A stretch of 64,000 bases of DNA from Okamejei kenojei. Lineage: Eukaryota. Below the pieces are notes generated by a model that did not search any database, was not told where the DNA came from, and saw only the letters and a program-made list of their open reading frames with translations. Positions 1 to 12,880 of the stretch are shown one piece after another (position 1 is the first letter of the stretch; every line of letters begins with the position of its first letter). The position numbers and the translations under genes were made by a program. The stretch is from assembly GCA_035221665.1 (NCBI GenBank), contig CM069131.1, forward strand, positions 16,492,001-16,556,000, given 5' to 3'.

Positions 1-135
1 GCGCCTCTACTTCCTGAGAAGATTACGGAGAGTCGGTATGTCAAGGAGGACTCTTTCGAACTTCTACAGGTGCACAGTAGAGAGCATGCTGACCGGTTGC
101 ATCGTGGCTTGTTTCGGCAACTTGAGTGCCCAGGA
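1..135 (+). mobile_element. Rex1/Babar-type LINE fragment (C-terminal ORF2 region)
   Basis: Frame 2 reads RLYFLRRLRRVGMSRRTLSNFYRCTVESMLTGCIVACFGNLSAQD, typical of the region after the RT domain in fish Rex1/Babar LINEs. Confidence 0.75.
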
Positions 136-756
136 CTAATTTACGCACCAAGATAATGGTGAGGCACAAATGAATAAAGGACCACACATTCCCATAGATC
201 GAATGAAAGAAGGTGCATTTCTTCGAGCATGCAAGTTTGAGTCTAACAGCTCCCATCAAATAATGTGTACAGTAAATTGCGATCCAATATTTAGTTACTC
301 GCTCTACTTCCCTTAAACTCACTGAGGTACTTCAAATGCCGGAAAAGGGCATTGACAAAGGATTATTTTCATGTTATTCCATGACCTAATTAATCGGCTT
401 ATACATTAAGTACAGTCATGGGTTGCACATTTCTTTTACAGTATGAGGGGGTGTTTTTAAAGGCAAGTGTGTATTTTCTTCATCTTTGGAGAATTGTGAG
501 GTTTTTTCACCACATTTGAAACATTTAATGCCTCTGTCTCTGATTTAGAGAATTTCAGAGTCAGTATTTTTTTCTCGACCTTAAATGCAACACATCTTAT
601 TCTGAAACAATTTCCCATGGTTCAAGATCCCCCCCTCTGATGGAAAACCTCTGCCAGTCTCCCTCAGAATCATAAGTTTTAAGAAGCTGCATAAGTAACT
701 GCAATATATTTTGTTGATGGTACACTATGAACCAGTGGTGGAGAGAATGAAATGGG

Positions 757-951
757 TAGACACAAGGAACTGCAAATGCTGTAATCTTGCGGGTCAGACA
801 GCATCTCTGAAAGACATGGATAGGTGATGGTTTGGATCGGGAATTTCTTCGGACTGAGTGTGAAGTAGGGTCCCGACCTGAAATGTCGCCTGATCCATGT
901 CATCTGCAGATGCAGCCTGATTCGCTGAGTTACTTTGCACTTTGTGTTCTA
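757..951. repeat. Degenerate palindromic Penelope-LTR-derived repeat (hammerhead-bearing family)
   Basis: Left arm (gcagcatctctg...cttcggactga) mirrors right arm (gtgaagtagggtcccgacctgaaatgtcgcc...gctgagttactttgcactttgtgtt). Confidence 0.65.
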
Positions 952-1467
952 CCAATGAAAGGGGTATTTGGGTGGGTGGATGGTTGCCAGTCAGGATAAT
1001 ACCAGGCTTCTTGAGAGTTATTGGTCCTACACTCATTTAGTCAAATGATTAGTATTCTGCCACACAACTCTCATGTGCCTTGTATCTACTACTTCAATGC
1101 TTTAGAGACCTGCACATACTCCATCCCCACAAATTACCAGCGGTGTTAAAGGAGGCCATTTGGCATGTCAATTCCAAACCAGCTCTGTACAAGTACAATG
1201 AAAATAATGTCACTGGCCTTCTTAAGATGAGATTTCTGCTTCCTTACATCTATCAGACAATGTTCTGCACATTTATAAGGACTTTGTAGTGTATTTAGCA
1301 TGTTGCACAACCAGGGCACTTTAAGCAATTCAGCCAAAAATTGGTATTGAACCCGAGAGAAAGAGAGCAGCAAAAGTTGAAATTGTATAAGCATCTGCTC
1401 AGTGGCAGCAGAATGAGGATCTGGGACCACATGCTGGAACATCATGAATATGTGGCTCATCGTAACA

Positions 1468-1880
1468 TATGATTTACGGCGCTTGGCCTGCACTCGCTGG
1501 AGTTTAGAAGAATGAGGGGGGAACCTAATTGAAGAGTATCGAATAGTGAAAGGCTTGGATAGAGTGGATGTGGAGAGTCTCGGACTAGAGGTCATAGCCT
1601 CAGAATTAAAAGACGTTCTTTTAGGAAGGAGATGAGGAGTAATTTCTTCAGTCAGAGGGTGGTAAATCTGTGGAATTCTTTGCCACAAAAGGCTGTGGAG
1701 GCAAAGTCAGTGGATATTTTTAAGGCAGAGATAGCTAGATTCTTGATTAGTACAGGTGCAAAGGTTATGGGGAGAAGGCAGGATGATGGGGTTAGGAGGG
1801 AGAGACAGATCAGCCATGATTGCATGGCGGAGTAGACTTAATGGGCCCAATTCTTCTTTATCACTTATGATCTTATGATC
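1468..1880 (+). mobile_element. CR1 LINE 3' fragment
   Basis: Contains LEFRRMRGNLIE and FFSQRVVNLWNSLPQKAVEA motifs followed by the CR1 3' UTR. Confidence 0.85.
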
Positions 1881-2567
1881 ATTAGATGAAAACCATATCT
1901 AATTGAACAGTGCAGCCAAGAATTCCACAAGCACAGCACATGACAGTTATCCATCATTTTATGTTTATACTGGATTGGACATACCAGGGACATTGTTCAA
2001 TTGGTTAAATGCCAATGTGATCTTATAACAACATTCCAACAAGATAAAGCTTTCTTATCTATTGTTAGATAATTTTAATTAATCCAGTAACCTGTTGGAA
2101 ATGAGGAAATAAAGAGTTGTTATGATTGTTAATTTTGTATTTCACAGTACAAAGGAAATATAATGTAACTAATCTTTTTGCCAACAGCCAATTGTGCCCC
2201 CAAAAAATTTAAAATACCCCCCAAAAATGTACATTTAAAGTACACAACCATAACATCCCTCAATAGAATCAGGATGTGGTTACATATGAATGAAACGTGT
2301 AAAATCAATTACTGTAATTTGTTCAATTAACAGGGGTGTTACCTAATCACCTCCAATTTGATTGCTGGTATATACAACCTTTTTATTGTTGATTCCCCCA
2401 ATAAAATGAAACAGTGAATAATTTGTTTTAACTGTTCAAATGTGAAAGCAATAGGATAGAATTTACTGCCTGGAAAACTGGTTTTCTAAATGTACCAATT
2501 GTAGCATTTCTATGAAATGGCTCTCTTTTTATTTTAAATTGTATTGTAATTATTTACTTATCAATAA

Positions 2568-2777
<210 letters not shown>

Positions 2778-3240
2778 TAGAAAATAGTTGCACTGTCCTT
2801 TCAATGCCAAGCAGGAGTAGGCCTTACATCTGCTTGAATCTGTTCTGCCGTTTGGCAAGACCATGGACGATCTTATACTTCAGTGTCATTTTCCCACACT
2901 CCATTATCTTAATATTTAAAGAAAAATGAGCAGTGTGCATCAAATCAAATTGGAAATACCGGAAGGTTGTCTGGGCTCTTGAACATGGCACTTTAATTGA
3001 GAACAGACAGCATAAGATATAATAAGTGGGGAACATCGGCTAATTATAGTAGGGGCATTGCAGTTTTGACAAAATATTACTGAAGTAATTATTACTAAAT
3101 TCTCTATTACTCTATTACAATACTTTATTACTGAAGTAATGATTATTACACGCAATTCCGTTGTTTTGCTCCAGAATCTGTGTACATGTTTTGAATGCAG
3201 ATATATGTTGATTCCGAGAAATGTTATGTGGTAAAATGTT

Positions 3241-6200
3241 AAGAAAATATTTAATACAATTCCGGACTTAATACAACACAATTTAATAATCGGAGGAGAC
3301 TTAAATTGTACATTAGACCCCTATTTAGATAGATCATCAAGACAACGGAAAATAAAATCGCAGTCCAGTGACTTATTAAATGCATATATAGATACTAGTA
3401 ATATTAAGGATGTCTGGAGAATAGAAAACCCAACCGGACGAGGATATTCATTTTATTCATCGGTACATAAAACATATTCAAGAATAGATTATTTTTTGGT
3501 GGACTCCAAGCTTATTCCATTTACTTATAACTTGAAATATCACAATATTATAATCTCGGACCATGCTCCCTTAACATTTATGATTAAATTAAATGGAGGG
3601 ACGGAGAAACAGTCACTTTGGAGACTTAACCCACAAATTTTAAAGGAAAAATTATGTCAGGAATATCTCACTAAACAGATTAATATGTTCTTTGAAATCA
3701 ATGATAACCCTGAAATGTCTGCCTCTGTAAATTGGGAAACATTTAAAGCATTTACTCTAGGAGCTATGATCTCCTCCCATGCATTTCATAATAAAGAGAA
3801 TCGGGCTAAACAACAGGCATTGCAAAGGGAAATGAAACAATTAGACATAGAAAATGCGGCAACACCAACTATGATAAAACACAATAAAATTACAGCATTG
3901 AAATATAAATTAAATAAAATATATTCAGACCAAGTTATAAAATTTTACCAATATACTAAACAACTACATTTTGAATTCGGTGATAAACCTAAAAAATTAT
4001 TGGCTCGTCAACTACGGAAACTGGACGGGGAAAAAACAATTCATAAGATTAGATCAGAAACAGGAGAACAACTAGTACAATCTAAGGATATTAATGATAG
4101 ATTCCTGCAATATTATCAAAACCTTTACTCAGCTAAAGCGATAGATCACCGGACAGGAATAGAAGCATTCTTACAAAAATGCAACCTTAAAGGGTTAGAT
4201 TTGAAAGATAGAGAATTACTAGATGCTGAAATAACAGTAAAAGAAATTGAAGAGTCTATCAGATCGCTAAAAAACAGTAAGGCACTGGGCCCCGATGGTA
4301 TAGGCTCCGAATTCTATCAAAAATTCTATGATCTGATTGCTCCGCGTTTAAAGACATTGTATGAACGTATCTATACCCAACAGAAATTACCAGAAACGCT
4401 AAATGAATCTATAATAACACTTATACCAAAAATAGATAAGGACCTGGATGATCCAGGTTCATATAGAGCTATAGCTCTCCTAAATACGGATAAAAAAGTT
4501 AACTAAAATCCTAGCACAAAGATTAAGCACAGTGATGAATAAATTAATACACCAGGATCAAACAGAATTTATACCAAAACGCTGCTCCTCATATAACGTG
4601 AGATGATTATTCAATATTATATACTCAAAGAGAAGTACTAACGAAGATCTAGCAATTATTTCGTTAGATGGTGAGAAAGCATTCGACCAGGTAGAATGGC
4701 CCTATTTATTTTCGGTTATGAAAATTTTTCAATTGGGCGAGAAGTATAGTACATGGGTATAACATTTATATACTTATCCAACAGCTAGAATATCAACAAA
4801 TCAAATGTTATCAGCTAAATTTAATTTATCTAGAGGCTGTAGACAAGGATGTCCGTTATCCCCATTATTATTCGCACTCACAATAGAGCCACTAGCAGAA
4901 AGTGTTAGGTCCCATCCTGAAATATATGGGTATAATACTAAAGATACTGAGAATAACATGTCCTTATATGCAGATGATGTATTAATCTACATTACAAAAC
5001 CTGAAGTTAGTATCCCAAACTTATTAAATTTAATAACTCAATGTGGCTCGTTTTCAGGATACAGAATTAATTGGAATAAAAGTGAAATCATGCCAATAAT
5101 GGAAAGTAATCCACATATTACAACAATTTCCCTTCAAAATAGTAAATGAAAAATTTAAATATCTTGGAATTTATATAACAAAGACATACTTCTTTATTTA
5201 AAATTAACTTCCCGCCTTTATTGACAAATTACATAAGAATATTTTATATTGGAAAACATTACCTATCTCAATGTTTGGTAGAATTAATGCAATAAAAATG
5301 ATTTTTTTCCCCGCAATTATTGTACCTCTTTCAATCAATCCCGATATATCTCCCAAAAACTTTTTTTAAAAAGGTTGACTCTAGAGTCATTAATTTTATC
5401 TGGGATTATAAGAACCACAGAATAAATAAAAAGCACTTATGTAAATCAAAAATAAATGGAGGTTTAGCCCTACCGAATCTTTATGCTCTATTTTTGGGCA
5501 GTTAACATTATAAATATGAATTTCTGGTTGGAAGAACTGGACCAACAGCCAGATTGGTTAAAAATGGAAAAGGAAGACTGTTTACCTTTTGAAATTGGGT
5601 CAATCTTATTTGCTATTACTAAATTAGGCAAAAAAACCTATAGTGAAAACCCCATAATATATAGTGGAATACGCATTTGGAAACAATTAAAAAATACACT
5701 AAAATTGGATAATTTACCACTCCTTCTTCCCATTGTAAACAACCCTCAACGATGGATAAAGGTTTTTTACAATGGAAAAATCACGGAATTACAAAGATGG
5801 GTCGTCTTTACAGCAAAGGTACATTCCTCTCATTTCAGGAGCTACAACAAATTTATGGACTTCACTCAAATGACTACTTTAGATACCTACAACTTAGAGA
5901 CTATGCTAAATCAAATACATAGGACTATAGAAATAGAAAGACAGAAATTCTTGATGAATGTTTGAGCAAACACCCTAACACAGAAAATTTGATATCTTAT
6001 ATTTATAATATCCTATTAGATAACGATGCACCCATGACGGAAATATATAGGCAATCATGGGAAAATGAACTAGGCCAACCAATAAGACCAGAAATATGGG
6101 ATGACAGCTTACAACATATACATCACTGTTCGTTAAATGCTAGACATTCTTTAATACAATTTAAAGTATTACATAGATTGCACTATTCAAAAACAAAATT

Positions 6201-6948
6201 AAATAGAATTTTCCCAAGCATATCTCCTATTTGTGAAAGATGTCAGCACTCAGAGGCTAACTTAACGCACACATTTGTAAGTTGTATAAAAATTAATAAT
6301 TTTTGGATGGAAATTTTAAAGATAATTTCGGAAGTTGTCAACATTCAATTGGACCCCAATTCAAAACTAATAATATTAGGAATTCTAGAACAAAATCAAA
6401 TATTTACAACAAGCCAAAGAAACTTTATCGACTATAGTTTAATAATTGGGAAAAAATTAATATTACAATTTTGGAAAGGCCCTATAACCCCCACAATTAA
6501 AATGTGGATTATGGAAATGTCGGAGACCCTACATTTGGAAAGATTAAGATTTGTCTTAATGGACAAACAAGAACTATTTACTAGAATATGGTCCCCATTC
6601 ATTGACTATTTGAAGGGGCAAACCGGTTCGGCACGAGAACCTGACTGAAACCCGAATCAAGGATTAGATGAAGAATTACATTTTATAATTCACGGACATA
6701 TCTCCAATGATGTATAATTAGCTGATTATTCCATTCTCTTTTAATTTTTTTTGGTTTCTTTTCTCTCTATTATTTTCTATCTATATAAAAATAAAAAAAA
6801 TAAAATATATAGAAGTACAATTATTATACAATTGATAATATAGACAATATTAATAATGTATGACTACTACAAACAAAATGTTTTTTATTATGTTCTAATA
6901 AAAAAAATTATTATTTTTTAAAAATTAAAAAAATTAAAAATAAATAAA
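3241..6948 (+). mobile_element. 5'-truncated L1-clade LINE (ORF2 with frameshifts and stops, 3' UTR, A-rich tail)
   Basis: APE endonuclease motifs IIGGDLN, SRIDYF and SDH. RT motifs GCRQGCPLSPLLF and YADD. C-terminal CxxC..H..C knuckle (CERCQHSEANLTHTFVSC). Stop at 6648; AATAAA and A-rich tail near 6897-6948. Confidence 0.93.
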
Positions 6949-7149
6949 CAAAATGAGATAAGGTACATTTGGGAGCATAAACCCTTTCATTTGATGACAA
7001 CTAATACTGGCTAAAAATAAGTAACTTTGATTATTAATTCTCATTTTATTATTACATGAAAGCTCTGACATTCTGTGGATTTTTGTTAGCCCTCAGCTAT
7101 ATGTTAGCCAGGTGTCAAAGACCACCCAAAAATACTGAGATCATGATTT

Positions 7150-7512
7150 TGATCATGCAAGGAATAGATTGGGTAGATGCACAGAGTCTCTTGCCCAGAG
7201 TAGGTGAATTGAGGACCAGAGGACATAGATTTAGGGTGAAGGGGAAAAGATTTAATAGGACTGACGGGTAGCATTTTCACACAAAGGGTGGTGGGGTATG
7301 GAACAAGCTGCCAGAGGAGGTACCTGTAGTTGAGGCTGGCATGATTCCAACATTTAAGAAACAGTTAGACAGGTACATGGATAGAACAGGCTTGGAGAGA
7401 TATGGACAAAACGTAAGTAGATGGGATTAGTGCAGCTGGGACATGTTGGCCGGTGTGGGCAGTTGGGCCGAAGGGCCTGTTTCCATACTCTATCACTCTA
7501 TGACTCTGACTC
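7150..7512 (+). mobile_element. CR1 LINE 3' fragment
   Basis: Contains RTRGHRFRVKGKRF and a tail ending in (gactctat)-like repeats. Confidence 0.85.
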
Positions 7513-7911
7513 TATTAATGTACTGTCCATTGACACTACTGTGCTGAGGGTGGAGTTGGATACTGACAAATGGGAGGCAGAAAGAACCTGGGAACATTTC
7601 AGGACCAAATTAATCAGGACCATTTATTTGCAAATATAATTTATTTAGTGTGACTTGTTTGTAAATGTTACGAAAGTGGGCAAAACCAGTTGAAAGTGGC
7701 AATGTTGACTTCAGTGTAGTTTTGCACATTCATTGCTGGGGTACTAATCCAATGATATTCTGCTCAATATTTCAATGCTAAAACATGTGCATTGAAATTA
7801 ACCTTCAGATGTAGATAGAGAGATTGCAAGTCATGTCTACAGGCAATAACAGAATCATGTGCAGAAGTAGGAAAAAGTTGTATATAAACAAAATTTCTTT
7901 TCATAACCAAC

Positions 7912-9475
7912 CAGGCACGTGCCGTGAGTAATTACCGGGTTTAAGTCAGCCGGCTTTAAAAAAAAATCTAAAGCCGCGCATACGCAGATTGTTCACTTCG
8001 TAACAAATAAAAAATAAGTAACAATTCAATTTTCCCAAGGCTTCTCAATCTCCTTCATTTTTTAATTACTGAATGGGTGGGGGACGGAGGATGAGGGCAG
8101 GAGGAGAGATGGTGGGAAAAACGGGAGCACGCCGGGACGTTGAATCAGTTGTCATCTTTTTGAATGACAATACTAATTCAAGGGTCCATTTGGAGGGAGA
8201 GTTCCTTTCACAGCGTGTGGAGAGTCTGTGCCAGGGGTTAAAGATGCAGGGAGTCAAAGTCAAAGTATCCTTTATTGTCATTCAGACCTTTCTGTCTGAA
8301 CAAAATTTCATTGCGTTCAGGAATCGGCGGGGTGGCTGGAGTGGCATTGAGGGCAGGAGTGTTGAGAAGGAGGGGGTCAGAGATCATATCAGTAACTCAC
8401 TCACTGCTGCCGCAGCGCTCCGGGCACAGTCAGCAGAACTGCCCGCCACTTCTGGCAGTGCTCTTCGTCTGAACATCTCTCACCTGCCGCTCGCCGGCTT
8501 CGCTCATGTCAACCGTGTCCTGCAACTCCTTAAATTCCCACAGCCAAGTAACCTCAACTGGTCCCATGAGCGCGCTGTCGGAATTTAAAGATTTGCGGGA
8601 AGCCGGCCGGCGATCGGCAGGTGAGAGATGTTCAGACGGAGAGCACTGCCAGAGGTTAGTGGGGACCAGCAGAAGGGGCTGAAGTGGCAGCCGGTTTTGC
8701 TGTCGGGTCCCGGCGGCCGCTCAAAGTCAGTCACCCGAGCTGCTTCCTTCCTCGGAAGTGGCCGCCAGTTCTGCTGTTCGTGCCTGGGGTGCTGCGGCAG
8801 CCACCCAAGCTAATTCACTCCCCGGCCACAATAAAACCATATAGCAATTACAGCACGGAAACAGGCCATCTCGGCCCTTTAAGTCCGTGCCGAACACTTA
8901 CTCTCACCTAGTCCCATCTACCTGCACTCAGACCGGAGCGTACAAGTGGGTTACTGACCCCAATCCCCTCCTTCACAACGCTAGACTCCCCAAACACTGT
9001 GAACTGAGCTCTCCCCCCACCACGGGAAATACAGTATTTATAAAAATTAAGCACCAAGAAATGCACTTACCACGTTATTGGTACATTAAGTCCATTCTTC
9101 ACTCTTTGTTTCCTGAGATACTATTAGAATAATGGCAATCCATATTTGAAAATCCCGCCAAGAAACTGGTGCTGCGCATGCGCAGTATGCTGCTGTGCAT
9201 GCGCAGTGCTGCAAAGGCAGAATTTCTGCTGTCTTCAGCTCCCCTTGAAGCTGACAGCTTCAGGCAGCGCTGACGGCTCGTGGGCTGCACAGACCTTTGC
9301 GTGTTACAAGTGCTGCGGATGAAAGGCACAGTGAATTATGCCTACCTAGGAGGTCGATCTCTTAGATAGGCATAATTCTCTCATGCCTTTACTATATATA
9401 GTTAATAATTGCCATTTCATAATTTTAGTCAGGGTAGGCAGTGCCTACCTTGCCTACCCTGACAGCACGTGCCTG
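7912..9475. mobile_element. Non-autonomous hAT DNA transposon (1.56 kb)
   Basis: TIRs CAGGCACGTGC...GCACGTGCCTG. Perfect 8-bp TSD TAACCAAC at 7904-7911 and 9476-9483. Subterminal TAGGCA/TGCCTA repeats. No transposase ORF. Confidence 0.9.
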
Positions 9476-9603
9476 TAACCAACAGTCAAATCTATAAGTT
9501 AACTACCCAAAGAAATAGCAAAACACACATGTACATTTAAATTCACAAATATAATATTAGAATGGTTGATGTGTTAATATTTCTATACTTTTCTATATCA
9601 CAG

Positions 9604-9929
9604 GCATCTTCTCAGTCCTCAACTTGTCATCTGAGTGTATGGTTCTTGCAGCAGAACTGCCCAAGGTCTCTTATGTGAAAGCCATGGATATCTGGCTGAT
9701 TGCATGCCTCCTGTTTGGATTTGCGTCTCTTGTGGAATATGCAGTTGTGCAGGTTATGTTGAACAGCCCAAAAAAAATTGAAGCGGAAAGAGCTCGAATC
9801 CAAAAGAAGCTGAAGGCAAAGGAGCAGGCTATTGCCTCTGAAGGAAAAGGAGGTGGAAACTGGGTTAAACCCTCCACTCAGAATACTGTTAATGGTACAG
9901 ATACTCCTGTTCATATTAGCACTTTACAG
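9604..9929 (+). CDS. glrb: Glycine receptor beta subunit, coding exon (M2, M3, start of the M3-M4 loop); equivalent to mammalian exon 9
   Basis: CAG acceptor at 9601-9603 and GTAAGA donor at 9930; 326 bp, phase 1/0. Encodes [54 protein letters not shown]...TPVHISTLQ. Confidence 0.97.
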
Positions 9930-10173
9930 GTAAGAAACCATGAGACTTAACTTTTACATTTAGCCTGAATGCATTTGCCCTTGTATTCCATGATCTTCCC
10001 CATTGTTTATCTTACGTGTTATCCAAGGGGATATTGCCATTATGTTGTTATCACAGCTGGATTTACTTTTATTTTTCTAAGTGTGGGACTCACTGCAAAT
10101 ATTTACATCACTCTTAGAACTCTCTGCTAACTTGTGATTAACTTCTGCAGCTACTAAAAGCAGGACTGGCACC

Positions 10174-10350
10174 CAGGCCCTATCAGAGGGGGGGTAACCA
10201 GTGCCATTTGGCATGGACCTCATGCCTGTCTGCTTGAAAGGGATCTTGATTTGGGGGCCTCTAAAATTGAGGGGCCTGTACTTGATCTTGGTTTGGGGGC
10301 CTCTAAAATTGAAATTGGCTTGGGCCTCAGTTTATCTATGAGAGGGCCTG
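10174..10350. mobile_element. Small non-autonomous hAT MITE (177 bp)
   Basis: TIRs CAGGCCCT...AGGGCCTG. 8-bp TSD CTGGCACC at 10166-10173 and 10351-10358. Internal direct repeat tttgggggcctctaaaattga occurs twice. Confidence 0.88.
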
Positions 10351-10759
10351 CTGGCACCTCTCATCTGTTGTAAGGAGAAGCAGGAAGTAAAATTGCTGAC
10401 TTCTCAATTTGCATAGTTTGTCCCCCATTTGTTTTAGCAAACACTTTTCAGAGAAATTTAGCCAGGTAGGACATATAGGACTGATAAATGTAAAGTCTTG
10501 GAGGCTTTTGCACATAAATATATCAGGCAGCTAAAGTACCTTTCAGTTCAGGCTGGTGTTAAATCACCTGTGCTATAGATGCTTTTAACCAGAACTAGAG
10601 AGGATGTGAAGGATGGACCTGCAGGTGCTGGATTACACCAAAGAGAGACACAAAATGCTGGAGTAACTCAGTGGGACAGGCAGCATCTTTACTTTGAAAT
10701 CTTAACATACTGTATGTTTCTTGACATGGCAGCCAGGGGAAACATCAACGTCACATCTA

Positions 10760-11115
10760 TCCTGTCCAGCATCTGAAGAAATGTGTGCATTTCAATAAGA
10801 TTGCCTCTCAATCATTTAAACTCTTCTCATATGACAAATCTGCCATCCCCAGGAATCAATCTGGTGAACCTGTGCTGCGCTGTCTCTGTTGCAAGTGATT
10901 CCTTTCCAAAGGTAGAGACACCTGATCTGTTTACGATATTCCAGATGCAAGCTCACCGGGGCCCTATGTAATTGGATTAAGATGTCTTTGTCCTGCTACT
11001 CAAAATCCTCTTACAATGAAGGCCAGCCTACTATTCTGCTTCCTAATTGCTCGTTGAACCTCTAGGTTGACCTTCAGTAATAAGCATATAAGGACTTCCA
11101 GGTCCCCCTGAACAC
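10760..11115 (-). mobile_element. Old CR1 LINE fragment
   Basis: The reverse strand resembles the CR1 ORF2 3' region (RFTRLIPG-like). Confidence 0.65.
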
Positions 11116-11264
11116 ACTACTTATGATTTAACTTTTCTTTTCTCTCTCAGTGGAAATGCATGAGCTCACATTGCGTGAGATGCATGCAGTATGGTCAAGC
11201 TGCAGCACGTGGAGTATACACTGCTGTGCATGGTGGTCAGAATGGGCCGATATCTGCAGGGTCC

Positions 11265-12045
11265 AGTCAGAGTCATACAATGTGGAAATAGGCTCTATGG
11301 CCCAACTTGCCCACACCAACCAACTTGTCCCATCTACACTAGTCTAACTTGCCTGCTCTTGGTCCATATCCCTCTAAACCTGTCCTATCACCTGTCTAAT
11401 TGTCTCTTAAACGTACCCACAACTACCTCCTCCAGCAGCACATACACCCACCACCCTTTGTGTGAAAAGGTTACCCCTCCGATTCCTATAAAATCTTTCC
11501 CCCTTCACCTTAAACCTATGCCCTCTGGTTTTCGATTTCCCAACTCAGGGCAAGAGACTTGATGCGTCCACCCGATCTATTCGTCGCATGATTGTATGCA
11601 CCTCTATAAGATCACCCCTCATCCTCCTGCACAGCAGAGAATAGAGTCTCAGCCTAATCAACCTCTCCCTATATCTCCCTTGAGTCCTGGCAACATCCTT
11701 GTAAATCTTCTCTGCACCCTTTCCAACTTGACAACATTTTTCCTATAATATGGTGTCCAAAACTGAACACAATACTCTAAATGCAGCCTCACCAACGTCT
11801 TATTTAACTGCAACAATACCTCCCAACATCTATACTCAACATTGATGAAGGCCAATGTGTCAAAAGCCTTTTAGACCACCCCATCTACCTGTGACGCCAC
11901 CTTCAAGGAACTATGTACCTGCACTCCTACATCTCTCTGCTCTACGACACATCCCCGTGTCCTACTGTTCACTGCGTCGGTCCTGCTCACGTTAGCCTTT
12001 CCAAAATGCAACATCTCACATTTCTCTGTATTAAATTCCATCACT
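11265..12045 (-). mobile_element. CR1 LINE 3' fragment
   Basis: The reverse strand encodes LVRLHLEYCVQFWTPYYRKNVVKLERVQRRFTRMLPG, followed by the 3' UTR. Confidence 0.88.
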
Positions 12046-12065
12046 GCATTAAAGCAAAAAGCAGA

Positions 12066-12340
12066 GGCGTGTCATGGTGGCACAACGTTAGAGTTGCTGC
12101 CTTACAACGCTTGCAGCGCTGGAGACGCTGGTTCGATCCGGGTGCTGTCTGTATGGAGTTTGTATGTTCTCCCCATGAATGTGTGGGTTTTCTCCAAGAT
12201 CTTCAGATTCCTGCCACACTCCAAAGGCATACAGGTTTGTAGGTTAATTGGCTCGGTATAAGTGTAAATTGTCCCTCGTGTGTGTAGGATAGTGTTAATG
12301 TGCGAGGATCGGTGTGGACTCAGTGGGCCGAAGGGCCTGA
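12066..12340 (+). mobile_element. tRNA-derived V-SINE/HE1-like SINE
   Basis: A/B-box-like head (tggcacaacg...ggttcgatcc), conserved core (gtatggagtttgtatgttctcccc) and CR1-like tail (gggccgaagggcctg). Confidence 0.85.
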
Positions 12341-12880
12341 TCTACTTAGCCTTTCCAATATACATTGCTTTTGTTTTGGATTCCAAACATTGTAGTTTCT
12401 CTTGCTTCTCGATCCCAATTGTGGTCGTTAATGGAGTCCACAAGAAATTGAGTCCATAAGGTCAATGCGGATGCAGGTCCCCACACCCAGATCTCTTGCA
12501 TCTCCTGCCAGACTTCAGTGCTCTTGTGTCTGGTGCATCTCCCTACAACACATGTTTCTCTCGCCTGTTTTCATTGTGTCAGTCTGTGTGAAGGCAACCA
12601 GGGACGTCATGGACAAATGTATATTGTGGTCAACACTATCCTCCTTCTCCTCTCCCTTGATTATTCCCTCCAGCTCCTCAATCTGCGACATCTTCTTCTG
12701 CTGTTCTGGTGAAGGGTGAAGGCAGGAGCCTTTCTCTACACCCTGGGATATGGCAGAGGAGATAGTCTAGTGTATTCTGATGTGTAATGAGTAACAGGAC
12801 TTCCATCTTGGCATGTATTTTAATGACGAGCACTGCTATGTCATTGGAAATTGTGCAGCTCTGTCCCTCTCTCCTGCAGC

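Noticed and set aside
3238-6960. Target-site duplication for the L1
   Set aside because: Only a 6-bp AAAATG match in AT-rich sequence, which is not distinguishable from chance.
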